Shown one piece after another: positions 36,238 through 45,657 of a DNA stretch of 47,647 nucleotides. Position numbers and translations under genes: made by a program. Position 1 is the stretch's first letter; the number at the start of each line of letters is the position of its first letter. Below the pieces are notes generated by a model. It searched no databases and was not told the DNA's origin. It saw only the letters and a list, made by a program, of their open reading frames with translations. The DNA is taken from sequence record MF158039, one strand, 5' to 3'. Origin of the DNA: Shigella phage Sf12.

Positions 36238-37530
36238 TTAAACGCGAGAAACTGAAAGGATTTCCACTTGGGCGCCAGTTTGTAAGTATAGCTGGCCAGC
36301 AACGTCATTCTCATCAATAGCATTTACTACGCCAGAGAAGATTCTGACACCAAAACCTTTAGTCAGCCTTGCCACTACGTTAAATCCACGAGGCTTAACT
36401 GGAACCATTAGTGATTTCTGACCTGTAGCCGCCAGAAAAACCTCGCGAGCCATAGCCATACCCCTGAACTCATGACCCAGAGCGCCAGGGTGAACCCTAT
36501 CAGTTCCGGTGTATATTTCAGAGTTTGCTGCCGTTACATAGTTGCTAATGTTGATTACTGGTATCCCGTTATCAGCACAGAAGCCATCAACCAACTCAAC
36601 AACCCTCTGAGTTGTGGCATTCAATCCAATTGGTGTTGCGCAGCTAATCTGGATGATTGGTACATCACTGTAAGTCTTCCTGGTCTCCTCCAGGCACTCC
36701 GACATAGACCTAAGCAGCCACTCAGCCTTGCCAGGGTCATTTATTGAAACTGAGTCATTATAACCAAGCGCCCACGAGATAACGTCAGGTTTTCTATTTA
36801 ACGCTGCGAGCCTTGTCTTTACCCTGTTAATCGGGAACCTGCCCTCCTCTTTTGAAGTCCAGGCCGATCCACCAATCCCTTCGCAGATACCATCGAATCC
36901 AAGCGCTCGACTAAAAGTATAGAAGTCGTTTACTGCAGGGGATGAGCCATAAGACTGAGTCCTAAATCCCGCACCAGTACCAGCTGTGTAGCTATCACCC
37001 ATCTGGTAAATGAATGGCCTTTTAATAGTAATATCCCTGCTAATCGTGTCTAACGGACCGAATGCGAAAGAGCCAAATGCAGTGTTAACGCCATAAATCT
37101 CAATATGCCTTAACTTTCCGCTAACGACTCCATCATTGGCCTTCACTTGAATCCAGCTAACACCCTCAGTGGTTGGTGTCGTGATAGCATCTAGGGTTAC
37201 CAATTTACCGTCAACGAATATTGAGTAAGATGAAAGAGAGCCAATGGTCTTAATTTCAAAAAGCCTTGAATCAGTCATAAACTCAAGTTTCATCTGAAGG
37301 CCATTCGAAGGCTTCTGACCAGTGTAAGACCCGCCTGAAACGTTATCAAATCCGTAGGTTGTCCACATGAGATTGGTCTCATTAAGTCTATTGATAACTT
37401 GAGGGGTGGTAATTGATGTTGCGGCCCTGATTTCCTTGATTGCGGAAAACTCAGTCGATAGCTGAACTGGCTGCATAGTAGCCAAGCCGTTTTCAATATT
37501 TCTTTTTACCAAATCAATAAAGCTTGCCAT
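36238..37530 (-). CDS. SGNH/GDSL-family esterase with about 170-aa N-terminal non-catalytic domain
   Basis: Block I GDSYTAG, block III GYND, block V DRVH. Confidence 0.7.
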   Translation of the reverse strand: MASFIDLVKRNIENGLATMQPVQLSTEFSAIKEIRAATSITTPQVINRLNETNLMWTTYGFDNVSGGSYTGQKPSNGLQMKLEFMTDSRLFEIKTIGSLSSYSIFVDGKLVTLDAITTPTTEGVSWIQVKANDGVVSGKLRHIEIYGVNTAFGSFAFGPLDTISRDITIKRPFIYQMGDSYTAGTGAGFRTQSYGSSPAVNDFYTFSRALGFDGICEGIGGSAWTSKEEGRFPINRVKTRLAALNRKPDVISWALGYNDSVSINDPGKAEWLLRSMSECLEETRKTYSDVPIIQISCATPIGLNATTQRVVELVDGFCADNGIPVINISNYVTAANSEIYTGTDRVHPGALGHEFRGMAMAREVFLAATGQKSLMVPVKPRGFNVVARLTKGFGVRIFSGVVNAIDENDVAGQLYLQTGAQVEILSVSRV

Positions 37531-37580
37531 TTTCTTTCCTCCAATTTTAAGTGAAACTAATTGTACCAGTTTACAGGCAT

Positions 37581-37603
37581 AAAAAAACCTCCCGAAGGAG
37601 GTT
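37581..37603 (-). terminator. Rho-independent terminator
   Basis: aacctccttcgggaggtt then ttttttt on minus strand. Confidence 0.6.
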
Positions 37604-37612
37604 TGATCTGAA

Positions 37613-38137
37613 TTATTCCATTAACTCATAAGTAACAATGGCTCGTCCTGATGTTTTTTTGTTCACTTCAGCAGCTACACCTGCCACGACGATAATCCTG
37701 TGTGCATATGCTTCTGGATCTATAGTCCAGTTGTAATATCCATTATATGGACCACTAAAAACGTATACCGCATCATCATCAAAGTCATTAGCAAGCTTTG
37801 GCTTAGACAGCGGTGTTAGACCCATAGATTCACACATCTCATAACCAATCATCTCATGATCTACAGTTGGTTGCTTTCCCATACCAAGATCAATAACAAT
37901 CAATTTAATGCTTGAAAATTTAACCCCAGAACTAACAGTCTCAGAGTAAGGTAATGATGTGGCACTTGATTTTTTATACGTCTCCTTTGAGGTTGCGCTT
38001 AAGTTGAATCCCTTGTATGAAGCGACCTCTAGGTATGGGAATGATCCGATAAATGAAACCTCTTTCTCGCTGAAATTATCTGCAATTGCAGCAGATAGTT
38101 CATCTAAAGTAATCAAGTCTAAGTTTAGCTTCTTCAT
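37613..38137 (-). CDS. Hypothetical structural-module protein (ORF 37613..38200, start refined to Met 38137)
   Basis: ORF track; upstream extension would cover a terminator hairpin. Confidence 0.4.
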   Translation of the reverse strand: MKKLNLDLITLDELSAAIADNFSEKEVSFIGSFPYLEVASYKGFNLSATSKETYKKSSATSLPYSETVSSGVKFSSIKLIVIDLGMGKQPTVDHEMIGYEMCESMGLTPLSKPKLANDFDDDAVYVFSGPYNGYYNWTIDPEAYAHRIIVVAGVAAEVNKKTSGRAIVTYELME

Positions 38138-38174
38138 ATAAACCCCTATTAAAAAGGCCCCGAAGGGCCATTTA

Positions 38175-38648
38175 TTATTTCTGAATAACCTGAACTTCAA
38201 CGAGCGCTGGGTCAGTTAATGCATCAGCTCCAGCTGCCTGGAAGCCACCTGCGAATGTCCAGTTAGTAGTGATTGCACCACCGCTTGTTGCGGAGCCATC
38301 AGTACCAATGGTAACCGCGCTGCCAAATGCCGGAGCGGCAGAAAGACCGGTAACCATCCAGATGCGACCGTGAGTCATTACGTTAGCGACCTGGAAGTTA
38401 TCAATATTACCAACAACGCCACCGTAAGAGCCGCGCGGGCTTTCGTAGTGTGACTTCACCAGAACGCCATATACGTTATCAGCAACAGCGGAAACCAGAA
38501 CTTTGTGACCATCAGCATCAACAGAACCGACACCAACAGCATAACCGACACCCTGAACTACTCCGGTAGACATTATACATGCACCATCAATATTGTACAG
38601 AGAGGTATCTGCAACCATACCAGCAGTAGCTTGACGACGAATTGCCAT
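38175..38648 (-). CDS. Gly/Ala/Val-rich structural protein (possible decoration or minor head protein)
   Basis: Composition and position after scaffold-like gene. Confidence 0.4.
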   Translation of the reverse strand: MAIRRQATAGMVADTSLYNIDGACIMSTGVVQGVGYAVGVGSVDADGHKVLVSAVADNVYGVLVKSHYESPRGSYGGVVGNIDNFQVANVMTHGRIWMVTGLSAAPAFGSAVTIGTDGSATSGGAITTNWTFAGGFQAAGADALTDPALVEVQVIQK

Positions 38649-38659
38649 ATTAAGACTCC

Positions 38660-39769
38660 TTATTTTTTCAATTTAGCGAGGCGAGCGCGCGGGTTAAGAG
38701 TCTTAACTTCCGGTGCTGCATCAGATTTTTCCGCGCCAGCAACTGCTACACGGGCTTCAGCCATTTTATCAGAAGATTTGGCGATATCAAAGGCCGCATC
38801 GATGTACGCATCAGATTTCTCAGCAACTTCAATACCAGATACTTCTTTAACGTAAGCAACTTTAATTGCTTTAGCGTCCAGGCCATCACATTTAACGCCA
38901 GCTTCTGCAGCAACGGCGACCAGAGCAGCCAGTTCATCAGCATCAGCTTTAGCTTTCGCTACAGCAGCTTCGATTTCAGCAGGAATGCCATCAACTTTAG
39001 CTTTCAGTGCGTCACGCTCAGCTTCAAGGGTGTCAGCTTTGGCCTTGGCCTGTTCTGCATCAGCTTTAACGGCCTCGATATGCTTAGCAACTTCCGGGGC
39101 GATTTCGAACTCCTGCTCGCCATCCAGTTTAATCTTAATCATCAATTTATCCTCTTTATTTGATTGAACGGTATCAGTATACGGGTTTTCCTGTTCCGCG
39201 TCCAGATTCAGTTTAGCCACTTGCGCACGGCCTTTATATACCAGAGCAATGTGGTTCACAACGATGTTTGTTTGCAGAGCATCAAAGCGTACCCAATCAG
39301 CAGGAATCTCATCCTGACTTGAGTATTCTCCATCAAGCTTATACTCACCAGTTTCATTGCTGCCCCAGCCAGGAGACTCAATATCAACAGTGTTGTAGCC
39401 AACCGAAAGCTCACCAGCAACGCCAGACCTAGCCTTCTCGATTGCTTGCTTGTCGTAAACGGTAAGAGGAACGACAACTGTAGAATCCTGGCGCATCGCC
39501 GTACCGGATACTGCGCCAACTACGACATCCTTGGCGTTATCTGAGTTAACTACAACGTGACCTAAGGTAAGCGGCTTGCCCTGATAACTTTGCAGAGAGT
39601 CAGCTTTAAAGACCTCTGATGCTGGTCGGAACTCTCGGCGCTCCGAACCATCTGGCAGATGGTAAGTTTGCACGCCTACACGCGCAACCACTGGAGTGTC
39701 TACGAGAAACCCGTTTTCATCGAAATGGGCCTTTACTTTGGCGCTATCATAACGCATCTTACTCTTCAT
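38660..39769 (-). CDS. Head morphogenesis protein: N-terminal globular domain plus Ala/Lys/Glu-rich coiled-coil scaffold-like C-terminus
   Basis: C-terminal low-complexity AKADAEQAKAKADTLEAERDALKAK; position after portal. Confidence 0.5.
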   Translation of the reverse strand: MKSKMRYDSAKVKAHFDENGFLVDTPVVARVGVQTYHLPDGSERREFRPASEVFKADSLQSYQGKPLTLGHVVVNSDNAKDVVVGAVSGTAMRQDSTVVVPLTVYDKQAIEKARSGVAGELSVGYNTVDIESPGWGSNETGEYKLDGEYSSQDEIPADWVRFDALQTNIVVNHIALVYKGRAQVAKLNLDAEQENPYTDTVQSNKEDKLMIKIKLDGEQEFEIAPEVAKHIEAVKADAEQAKAKADTLEAERDALKAKVDGIPAEIEAAVAKAKADADELAALVAVAAEAGVKCDGLDAKAIKVAYVKEVSGIEVAEKSDAYIDAAFDIAKSSDKMAEARVAVAGAEKSDAAPEVKTLNPRARLAKLKK

Positions 39770-41036
39770 TAATCACCACCTCCTCTACTAATTCTTCCTG
39801 AGCGGGTTGCTCTGGCAAGTTAACATCGCCATCCTGAAGCTTAACTTCCGTCGCAATGGTACGTAGTGTATCACGAGCTTCTTCGGTATTCATCACGCCA
39901 GCAGCAATCAATGCGGCGACTGAGTTAACGTTCTTCTCAAGAATCTCAGACTTATCTTTATCGCTAACCTGAGATAGGGGGTTAAATTCCACTGACCACT
40001 CTTGCTTAGTTACGATGAACGGTAACAGAAACTCAAGAAGAGGCAGCAATTCAGCCTTTCGCTTGCGGTCAACGTACCCGTAAAACGTCTCTAAAGCAGT
40101 ATTCTGGCTTGCTGATACGCCGCCAACGTTCTTGCCTTTAAGGATAATCTCGTGAATACCGCTCAGAGCAACGATTCGGTCAAACTTCTGACTCAAAAAC
40201 GTATCAATACCGCCAATATCCGAGTTAAGTACGTTATATTCCTCGCTCTCTGCGTCAATGCCGATTGCCTGGCCAACTCCACTGTTATTATCAACCTGTG
40301 CCAGGCGCAATCGAGCCGCGCCAAATCCATCTGAATCATCGCACAGGTCAGCTAAACCCTTGGCTTTCCAAACCGCCTGCTGTTTACGACGCAGTAACTG
40401 AGTAGCCAGTCGCTCACAGTTCTGATAGTCGTCAATAGCGTCGATTAAGTCACCAGTTAGTACGCTTGCGCCCCAGCCATCGTTGTTGCGACGTAAATTG
40501 TTAGGCACTCGCTCGCCATCAATGATATGGCAGCGTGTATAATGCACATCGTAGAACGTTGCCGCACCATTTGGCGTAATGCGGTAAGTTAATGGCTTAC
40601 CAAATCTAGCGTTACGTGGATTCTCCTCGCGAGTCTGGACCTTAACTTGCTGCCGGTCGTATACGCGAACAGTTTCGAGCTCCGCGCCTTCACGAATCGG
40701 GCTGGTTAGTGCTCTGCCATCCTTAACGATTGCCACTACAGCGGCGCCACCGTATAACCTCGCCCACGCCAGAGCGTCGATTACACTATCTGAAAGGTCT
40801 AAATCATCCCAGCGCGACCAGAAAGCGCCCTCATCATCAATGCCTTCAATGTTGAAGCCTGCGCCAAGCGCTACCTCTGGCACGATATCAATGATTCGGC
40901 GAACCAACGCGCTGCTGACGTAAAGCTGCTCAAGCTGCGCTGGCGCTGTTAAACCAAGGCTGCCAAACTTTCCGTAAATCTCGCTACCATCACTCCCGTT
41001 AAGAAAGATGTTTGCGTAGCTGTCTGCTTTTACCAT
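39759..41036 (-). CDS. Portal protein (putative)
   Basis: 425 aa directly downstream of the large terminase; position-based. Confidence 0.5.
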   Translation of the reverse strand: MVKADSYANIFLNGSDGSEIYGKFGSLGLTAPAQLEQLYVSSALVRRIIDIVPEVALGAGFNIEGIDDEGAFWSRWDDLDLSDSVIDALAWARLYGGAAVVAIVKDGRALTSPIREGAELETVRVYDRQQVKVQTREENPRNARFGKPLTYRITPNGAATFYDVHYTRCHIIDGERVPNNLRRNNDGWGASVLTGDLIDAIDDYQNCERLATQLLRRKQQAVWKAKGLADLCDDSDGFGAARLRLAQVDNNSGVGQAIGIDAESEEYNVLNSDIGGIDTFLSQKFDRIVALSGIHEIILKGKNVGGVSASQNTALETFYGYVDRKRKAELLPLLEFLLPFIVTKQEWSVEFNPLSQVSDKDKSEILEKNVNSVAALIAAGVMNTEEARDTLRTIATEVKLQDGDVNLPEQPAQEELVEEVVINEE

Positions 41037-41049
41037 GTAATTTCTCCAA

Positions 41050-41072
41050 TAAAAAAGCCCCTGAGTAAGGGG
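41050..41072 (-). terminator. Hairpin plus T-run between large terminase and portal
   Basis: gcccc-ttactcag-gggc then ttttttatt on minus strand. Confidence 0.5.
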
Positions 41073-41085
41073 CAGTTTATCATGA

Positions 41086-42654
41086 TTACTTGACTCCAGC
41101 TAGTCGCATTAAGCGGGCTCTTGGGTCGTCACTCAAGTTCAATTCACAGTTGATTGCCATCGTTGTTGTATCCACAATGTCATCATGAGGGTGTGAATCG
41201 TCCGCAGTGAACGCTGAGAACTCAGTTAACAGCGATGTAAGCCACGGTGCAGAGTCTGGCAGAACTACGTTACCAGCCTTAATCTGTGGCAATGCGCTCA
41301 TCACTCTGGTTAGTTTATCCGTATCTGGAACAAATGGTTCGATAGGTGTTCTCATGGTTCGACCTGCTGACTGGATAAGGCCGATACCAGATGCCTTTTT
41401 CTCGATAATAACCTTGCGTAAGATACCATCCGTTTTACTGGTTGCCCTATGCTTGCTCTCAAAATCCAGCAGAGTTTGCTCAAGCTCTGGAGCCTCCCAT
41501 TTCCCCCTCACCATATCCAGAAGGTAGAGCTTGTTATCCTTACGCCCCCAGAGCTGGAATACTGAGTAGTCGCTATAACTCTTCGTAGTCATGGCAGTAT
41601 CAGCCGTAATGAAGCGGTAGTCATACTTGACTGGCGGCCTGTTGTTCTCATCAAGCCTTACGAACCAATCTACGTTAATCAGGTTTCCACCCAGAGCTAC
41701 TGGCTCCTGCTGGTACTGGCTTAGGAATGTATACGGGTCTGAGTCCCACATCGCCATCAGGTCGTGCACAGATTCCTTTTGTGGAAAGTAGCTATAGTAT
41801 TTCACGCCGTCACGCTCAACTGATTCGGATGACAGGACATCCTTCTCGAACTGCTCACGAATCCAGTCAGGAAGCTCATTCGCATAGTCTTCAGTAACCA
41901 GCGCTGGTATCTTTACCACATCAAAGTCGATACCCATACCGCCAGAAGTCATGAACCACGTTGAATCCTGCGTATGTAGCCTTTGCTGGATTGATATAAT
42001 TGGCGTTGATTTACCCTTGACGCTACTTGCCCTACGCGAGCGGATGGTGTTTTTTAGCAACATGTGAACAGACTCGCGCTTCACCTTACTAAACATATCA
42101 TCAGCTTTATCGATATCGTCCAGCATCAGGCATCCGCTATAGGTGTCCGTGATATACCCACCACGACTGCCCGTAATCTGAGAGCCAATTGCCTTGGATA
42201 TGGATTCAAACTTAACCTTCCCAGAATCATCTAGCACCTGAATCTCATCATCCTTACAGGTTCCAAACTTGCACGGGAAAAGACTTTGAAACTCAACTGA
42301 CTTGATAAGGTCACGCACTCGCTTTGAGTTACGCTTCACAAGGCTATCAGAGAACGAGAGGTTAAGGTTCCTTACTTTCTTCAGCTTAAGCATCGAATAA
42401 ACCGGAAAGTGGATCGATGTAATCTCGGTTTTTCCGGCCCCCGGCGAAATATTTATAATCGTATCCTTCCTCTCGCCAGAAACTATCTCATCAATGATTC
42501 TGCATAGGTATTTATGGTGCCAGTTAGGAATGTATCGCTCTGATTGAGATAGCTGGAACCATACACGAAGGAATGCCTCGAAACTGTGAGTGGATAGTGC
42601 CTTAACTGCCAGCTTTTCAGCTGGCGTCATCTCTTCCCAAACTAATGTCTTCAT
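41086..42654 (-). CDS. Terminase large subunit
   Basis: Walker A-like SPGAGKT near N-terminus; acidic nuclease-like C-terminal half; overlaps TerS by 4 bp. Confidence 0.8.
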   Translation of the reverse strand: MKTLVWEEMTPAEKLAVKALSTHSFEAFLRVWFQLSQSERYIPNWHHKYLCRIIDEIVSGERKDTIINISPGAGKTEITSIHFPVYSMLKLKKVRNLNLSFSDSLVKRNSKRVRDLIKSVEFQSLFPCKFGTCKDDEIQVLDDSGKVKFESISKAIGSQITGSRGGYITDTYSGCLMLDDIDKADDMFSKVKRESVHMLLKNTIRSRRASSVKGKSTPIISIQQRLHTQDSTWFMTSGGMGIDFDVVKIPALVTEDYANELPDWIREQFEKDVLSSESVERDGVKYYSYFPQKESVHDLMAMWDSDPYTFLSQYQQEPVALGGNLINVDWFVRLDENNRPPVKYDYRFITADTAMTTKSYSDYSVFQLWGRKDNKLYLLDMVRGKWEAPELEQTLLDFESKHRATSKTDGILRKVIIEKKASGIGLIQSAGRTMRTPIEPFVPDTDKLTRVMSALPQIKAGNVVLPDSAPWLTSLLTEFSAFTADDSHPHDDIVDTTTMAINCELNLSDDPRARLMRLAGVK

Positions 42655-43166
42655 AGTTTATCCATTACCGAGGCCAGAGCTGCCTTCATTGCTTCCTCAT
42701 CGTTTACTACTGCATTAGAAGCGTTGTTGATGTTAACCTCTTGCGGCTTGTCGATGCCAAGGTCTTTGCCAATCAGTCCAGGGTTGACGATATTGTTAAC
42801 GCCAAGCTGATACTTCTGCTCAAAGATGACTGAATCCACGAACTCCATAACCTCATCGAACCCAGGTGATGAACGCCATTTGGCGATTGCATTGGGGCCT
42901 ACGCCGCAGAACAACTGGAATCCAGTTATCGTAAATACTCGCGGCTTGTGCACAAGGTTCTCAGTGACTACGCCCCGAAAGCTAGCGGTTTCAATTGCTT
43001 TAATTACTTGCTCTTCAGCCCAGCTGAAATACCTGACGGCCATATCGAAGACCTGTTCTGGCGTATATCTATGGTTAATCTTCAGGTTGGCAATGTCGCC
43101 ATACTTCTTATTGTAAAGTTCTTTGAAGTTTCCAATCTTCTGGTGAATCTTTTTCTCTTCTGACAT
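42651..43166 (-). CDS. Terminase small subunit (putative)
   Basis: 171 aa immediately upstream of and overlapping the large subunit. Confidence 0.5.
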   Translation of the reverse strand: MSEEKKIHQKIGNFKELYNKKYGDIANLKINHRYTPEQVFDMAVRYFSWAEEQVIKAIETASFRGVVTENLVHKPRVFTITGFQLFCGVGPNAIAKWRSSPGFDEVMEFVDSVIFEQKYQLGVNNIVNPGLIGKDLGIDKPQEVNINNASNAVVNDEEAMKAALASVMDKL

Positions 43167-43213
43167 GTGATATTCCTCCTGTTTTAAAAGTCATTGTATC
43201 ATGAGTACGCACG

Positions 43214-43238
43214 AAAAAAAGCCCTCACGAGGAGGGCC
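43214..43238 (-). terminator. Rho-independent terminator
   Basis: ggccctcctcgtgagggc then ttttttt on minus strand. Confidence 0.6.
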
Positions 43239-43265
43239 AAGTACTACATTGCGAGATTACCAATC

Positions 43266-43451
43266 TCAAACGAGGGATATTTTATCAACGCTGACTTTGT
43301 GAACTGTCAGGTCAATCTTAAATGCTGCCTTTGCGGCTGCAACTGCTTCTTCAGGGCTACTGGCAAGGAACCTACCTTCGTATGATTGCTGGCAAGATTT
43401 GCATTGTCGACCCATTAGGCGGGAAGTTAAACGTACTTCGTAGTTATTCAC
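43266..43451 (-). CDS. Hypothetical Cys-containing small protein, 61 aa
   Basis: ORF track. Confidence 0.4.
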   Translation of the reverse strand: MNNYEVRLTSRLMGRQCKSCQQSYEGRFLASSPEEAVAAAKAAFKIDLTVHKVSVDKISLV

Positions 43452-43467
43452 CAGGATGCTCCATGAT

Positions 43468-43543
43468 TGGTGTTCCGCGCTGGACTCGAACCAGCAACTG
43501 AGACTTAGGAGGTCTCTGCGTTATCCTGTTACGCCAGCAGAAC
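43468..43543 (-). tRNA. tRNA-Arg (anticodon CCU, decodes AGG)
   Basis: Hand-folded cloverleaf: acceptor GTTCTGC/GCGGAAC, D stem GCGT/ACGC with GG in loop, anticodon stem GAGAC/GTCTC loop CTCCTAA, T arm GCTGG-TTCGAGT-CCAGC, encoded CCA. Confidence 0.85.
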
Positions 43544-43795
43544 TAGAATAGGTGCCGGTTACGGAATCCGGCGAGCTTTCACAATGCTCCGCGTTTGCGA
43601 CTTATACTTTGCTTTTGGCGATGCGCTATTGCCTCGTATCTTTACCCAGCCCGGCTATCGGCTTGCATCTCCGCGATGCGCGTTACGGTCATTGCCGCCT
43701 ACGTGGTTAATACTAACCACATTTAACATTTGAGTCAAGCCATGACGACGAAATAAATCCATGTCAGTATGCCCGCCAGGAACCAGATTGATAAC

Positions 43796-44035
43796 TCAGT
43801 CATAAAGTGACTCTCCAGTTTCGGTTTTACCACATCTTCCCGCCAGGTAACCTGCAACCCAAACGAAACGCATCTTCTCGATGATTGCGCTGATCGGGCT
43901 ATGGAACTCACAGATAACTGCCTTCATGATGTCATTATCCTGCTTCTGCTTTGCTGTAAGTTTATCAACCGCCTCGTTTAGCTTCTTGGCCTGGGCGCGT
44001 ACTGCGTTGAATTGTGATTGGGTAAGTCCGAACAT
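43796..44035 (-). CDS. Hypothetical protein, 79 aa
   Basis: ORF track. Confidence 0.4.
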   Translation of the reverse strand: MFGLTQSQFNAVRAQAKKLNEAVDKLTAKQKQDNDIMKAVICEFHSPISAIIEKMRFVWVAGYLAGRCGKTETGESLYD

Positions 44036-44303
44036 TTTAAATTGCCTTATCGACTAAAGTAATACTGCACAGTCCCGCCAAGGACGGCCTGCTGAGCGTA
44101 CGCTGATTCAGAACTGTCGTGGACTCTTCTGTGCATAACGCTGTTAAACTTTCCAGTGTAGTATGTGTGAATCCAGATCATCTCTTGCTCCACATGTGAA
44201 TTGCTAGCTTACCGTCTCCAGCCTCAGAATCGTTTGCTGCCCATAAGTTGCCAGTGAATACGTAAATCTTCATTTCTTCTCCTCGTTTCGTCTTGATGTG
44301 GTA

Positions 44304-44350
44304 ATCATATCAACTACCCATTCTGGCGTATTAGCAATTAGTGCTATTTG
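44304..44350 (-). promoter_or_regulatory. Junction cassette copy: palindrome (44332..44346), -10-like TATGAT (complement of 44304..44309); no long ORF downstream
   Basis: attagcaattagtgctatttg; leader catcaagacgaaacgaggagaagaaATG precedes only a 22-codon ORF. Confidence 0.5.
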
Positions 44351-44820
44351 CCGTGATTATCATGAAATACGTATTTTAAGTTCGCTTCCTGCCTTGCCTT
44401 AATTGCCTCATTCATGTCGGAATAAGTTCCCAGGTGAATATCCTTTCCGGAGACTTTAATCTTTGCGGCCCACTTACCTGAAGCTTTGTGCCAGCCTACT
44501 CCAATGAAACCACTTAAGCTAGATGGTCTTATTGATTGGTTCCTCTGATTTCCTGCGTTTGTAACAAGCCTTAGGTTTTCAATCCTGTTATCTTTCCTAT
44601 TATGGTTTATGTGATCAATCATCATACCTTCGGGCTTTTCCCTACCATGCATGAACCAAACTATATTGTGCACAAGTGCGGTTCCGTCTATGAAATGTCA
44701 CTGCAGATAACCTTTAGAATCAGGACTTCCAGTAACTCGTCCATTTGACAATCTGGTTATCGTTCCATCTTTATTATAGCTAAAGTGGCATTTTATATAC
44801 TCTTTATTTCTCACTACCAT
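44344..44820 (-). pseudogene. HNH homing endonuclease interrupted by an in-frame TGA (complement of 44698..44700)
   Basis: Hand translation MVVRNKEY...SKGYLQ*HFIDGTALVHNIVWFMHG...IDHINHNRKDNRIENLRLV aligns across the stop with intact paralogs. Confidence 0.6.
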
Positions 44821-44953
44821 CTACCTCCCTAGACCCCCACATATTCATCAGCTCAAAGTAAGCCATTGCCTCATCGCCGTCCTTTGCCTCATCCATCATC
44901 TTCTTACACCAGTCAGAAGGATTCATTTCCTTCTTCTTCATAATCAGGTCCAT
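44804..44953 (-). CDS. Hypothetical small acidic protein (ORF 44804..44998, start refined)
   Basis: Conserved leader tatcgaaacgagaggagacaaggcagtgATG. Confidence 0.4.
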   Translation of the reverse strand: MDLIMKKKEMNPSDWCKKMMDEAKDGDEAMAYFELMNMWGSREVDGSEK

Positions 44954-44986
44954 CACTGCCTTGTCTCCTCTCGTTTCGATAAAGTA

Positions 44987-45033
44987 ATAGTATCGCATCC
45001 TTGCGATTGATGTTTAGCAATTCGTGCTATTTA
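44987..45033 (-). promoter_or_regulatory. Junction cassette copy: palindrome (45015..45029), -10-like TACTAT
   Basis: tgtttagcaattcgtgctattta; palindrome encodes C-terminal NSTNC of the upstream gene. Confidence 0.5.
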
Positions 45034-45277
45034 TCTTCTTATGACCGTAAAGTTCCTTAGCTTTCTGAAGTGACTCAATTGAGTCATCAATGTCGGTTAG
45101 GTAGTCTTTGTGCCCACGAAGCCCTGTACACAGCATTTTCTTGATTGCGTGCTGAGTTGCCGGGTCAGTTACCTTGAAAGCATCCAGAACACGATATACA
45201 TCGATTGCCGTTACTGTGCCATCCAGGCCGATAATCTCACGGTTGTACTTACTCATAATCATCGCCCTCATTAACAA
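45014..45277 (-). CDS. Hypothetical protein (C-terminus KINSTNC encoded by the junction palindrome)
   Basis: ORF track. Confidence 0.4.
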   Translation of the reverse strand: MLMRAMIMSKYNREIIGLDGTVTAIDVYRVLDAFKVTDPATQHAIKKMLCTGLRGHKDYLTDIDDSIESLQKAKELYGHKKINSTNC

Positions 45278-45657
45278 TAATCACGCCATGGTTGTCGCCA
45301 TCACAAACCGTTAGATTGCCAAACCTCTCGTAAAACTCAATGCATTCGCCGACTGGAGTGTATTGGTACTGGTCATTAACATTGTTGTTCATATCTCAAT
45401 CCTCGTTATTGTGCCGCCATGCGTCTTCTGCATTAACATGGCGTATCTCTCGTCTACATAATGCAGGAGCATATCGATGCCCCTGCTACTGAATCTGTGT
45501 TCGTAGATGGTCATTGGTCTAATGCGATAATATCAACAAAGCCACCAATTGAATTTGCATATTCACTGGCCTTATCTTCATCAATAAAGCATTTAATTGC
45601 GTGATTGTCTTTTTTTACAATGAATAAATAACCAACAATATTAATCATTCTTAATCC

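Noticed and set aside
44207-44272. Possible longer gene with stop-codon readthrough downstream of the cassette at 44304..44350
   Set aside because: Careful re-translation shows a 22-codon ORF ending in TAG with no in-frame continuation; kept only as a leader or ncRNA candidate
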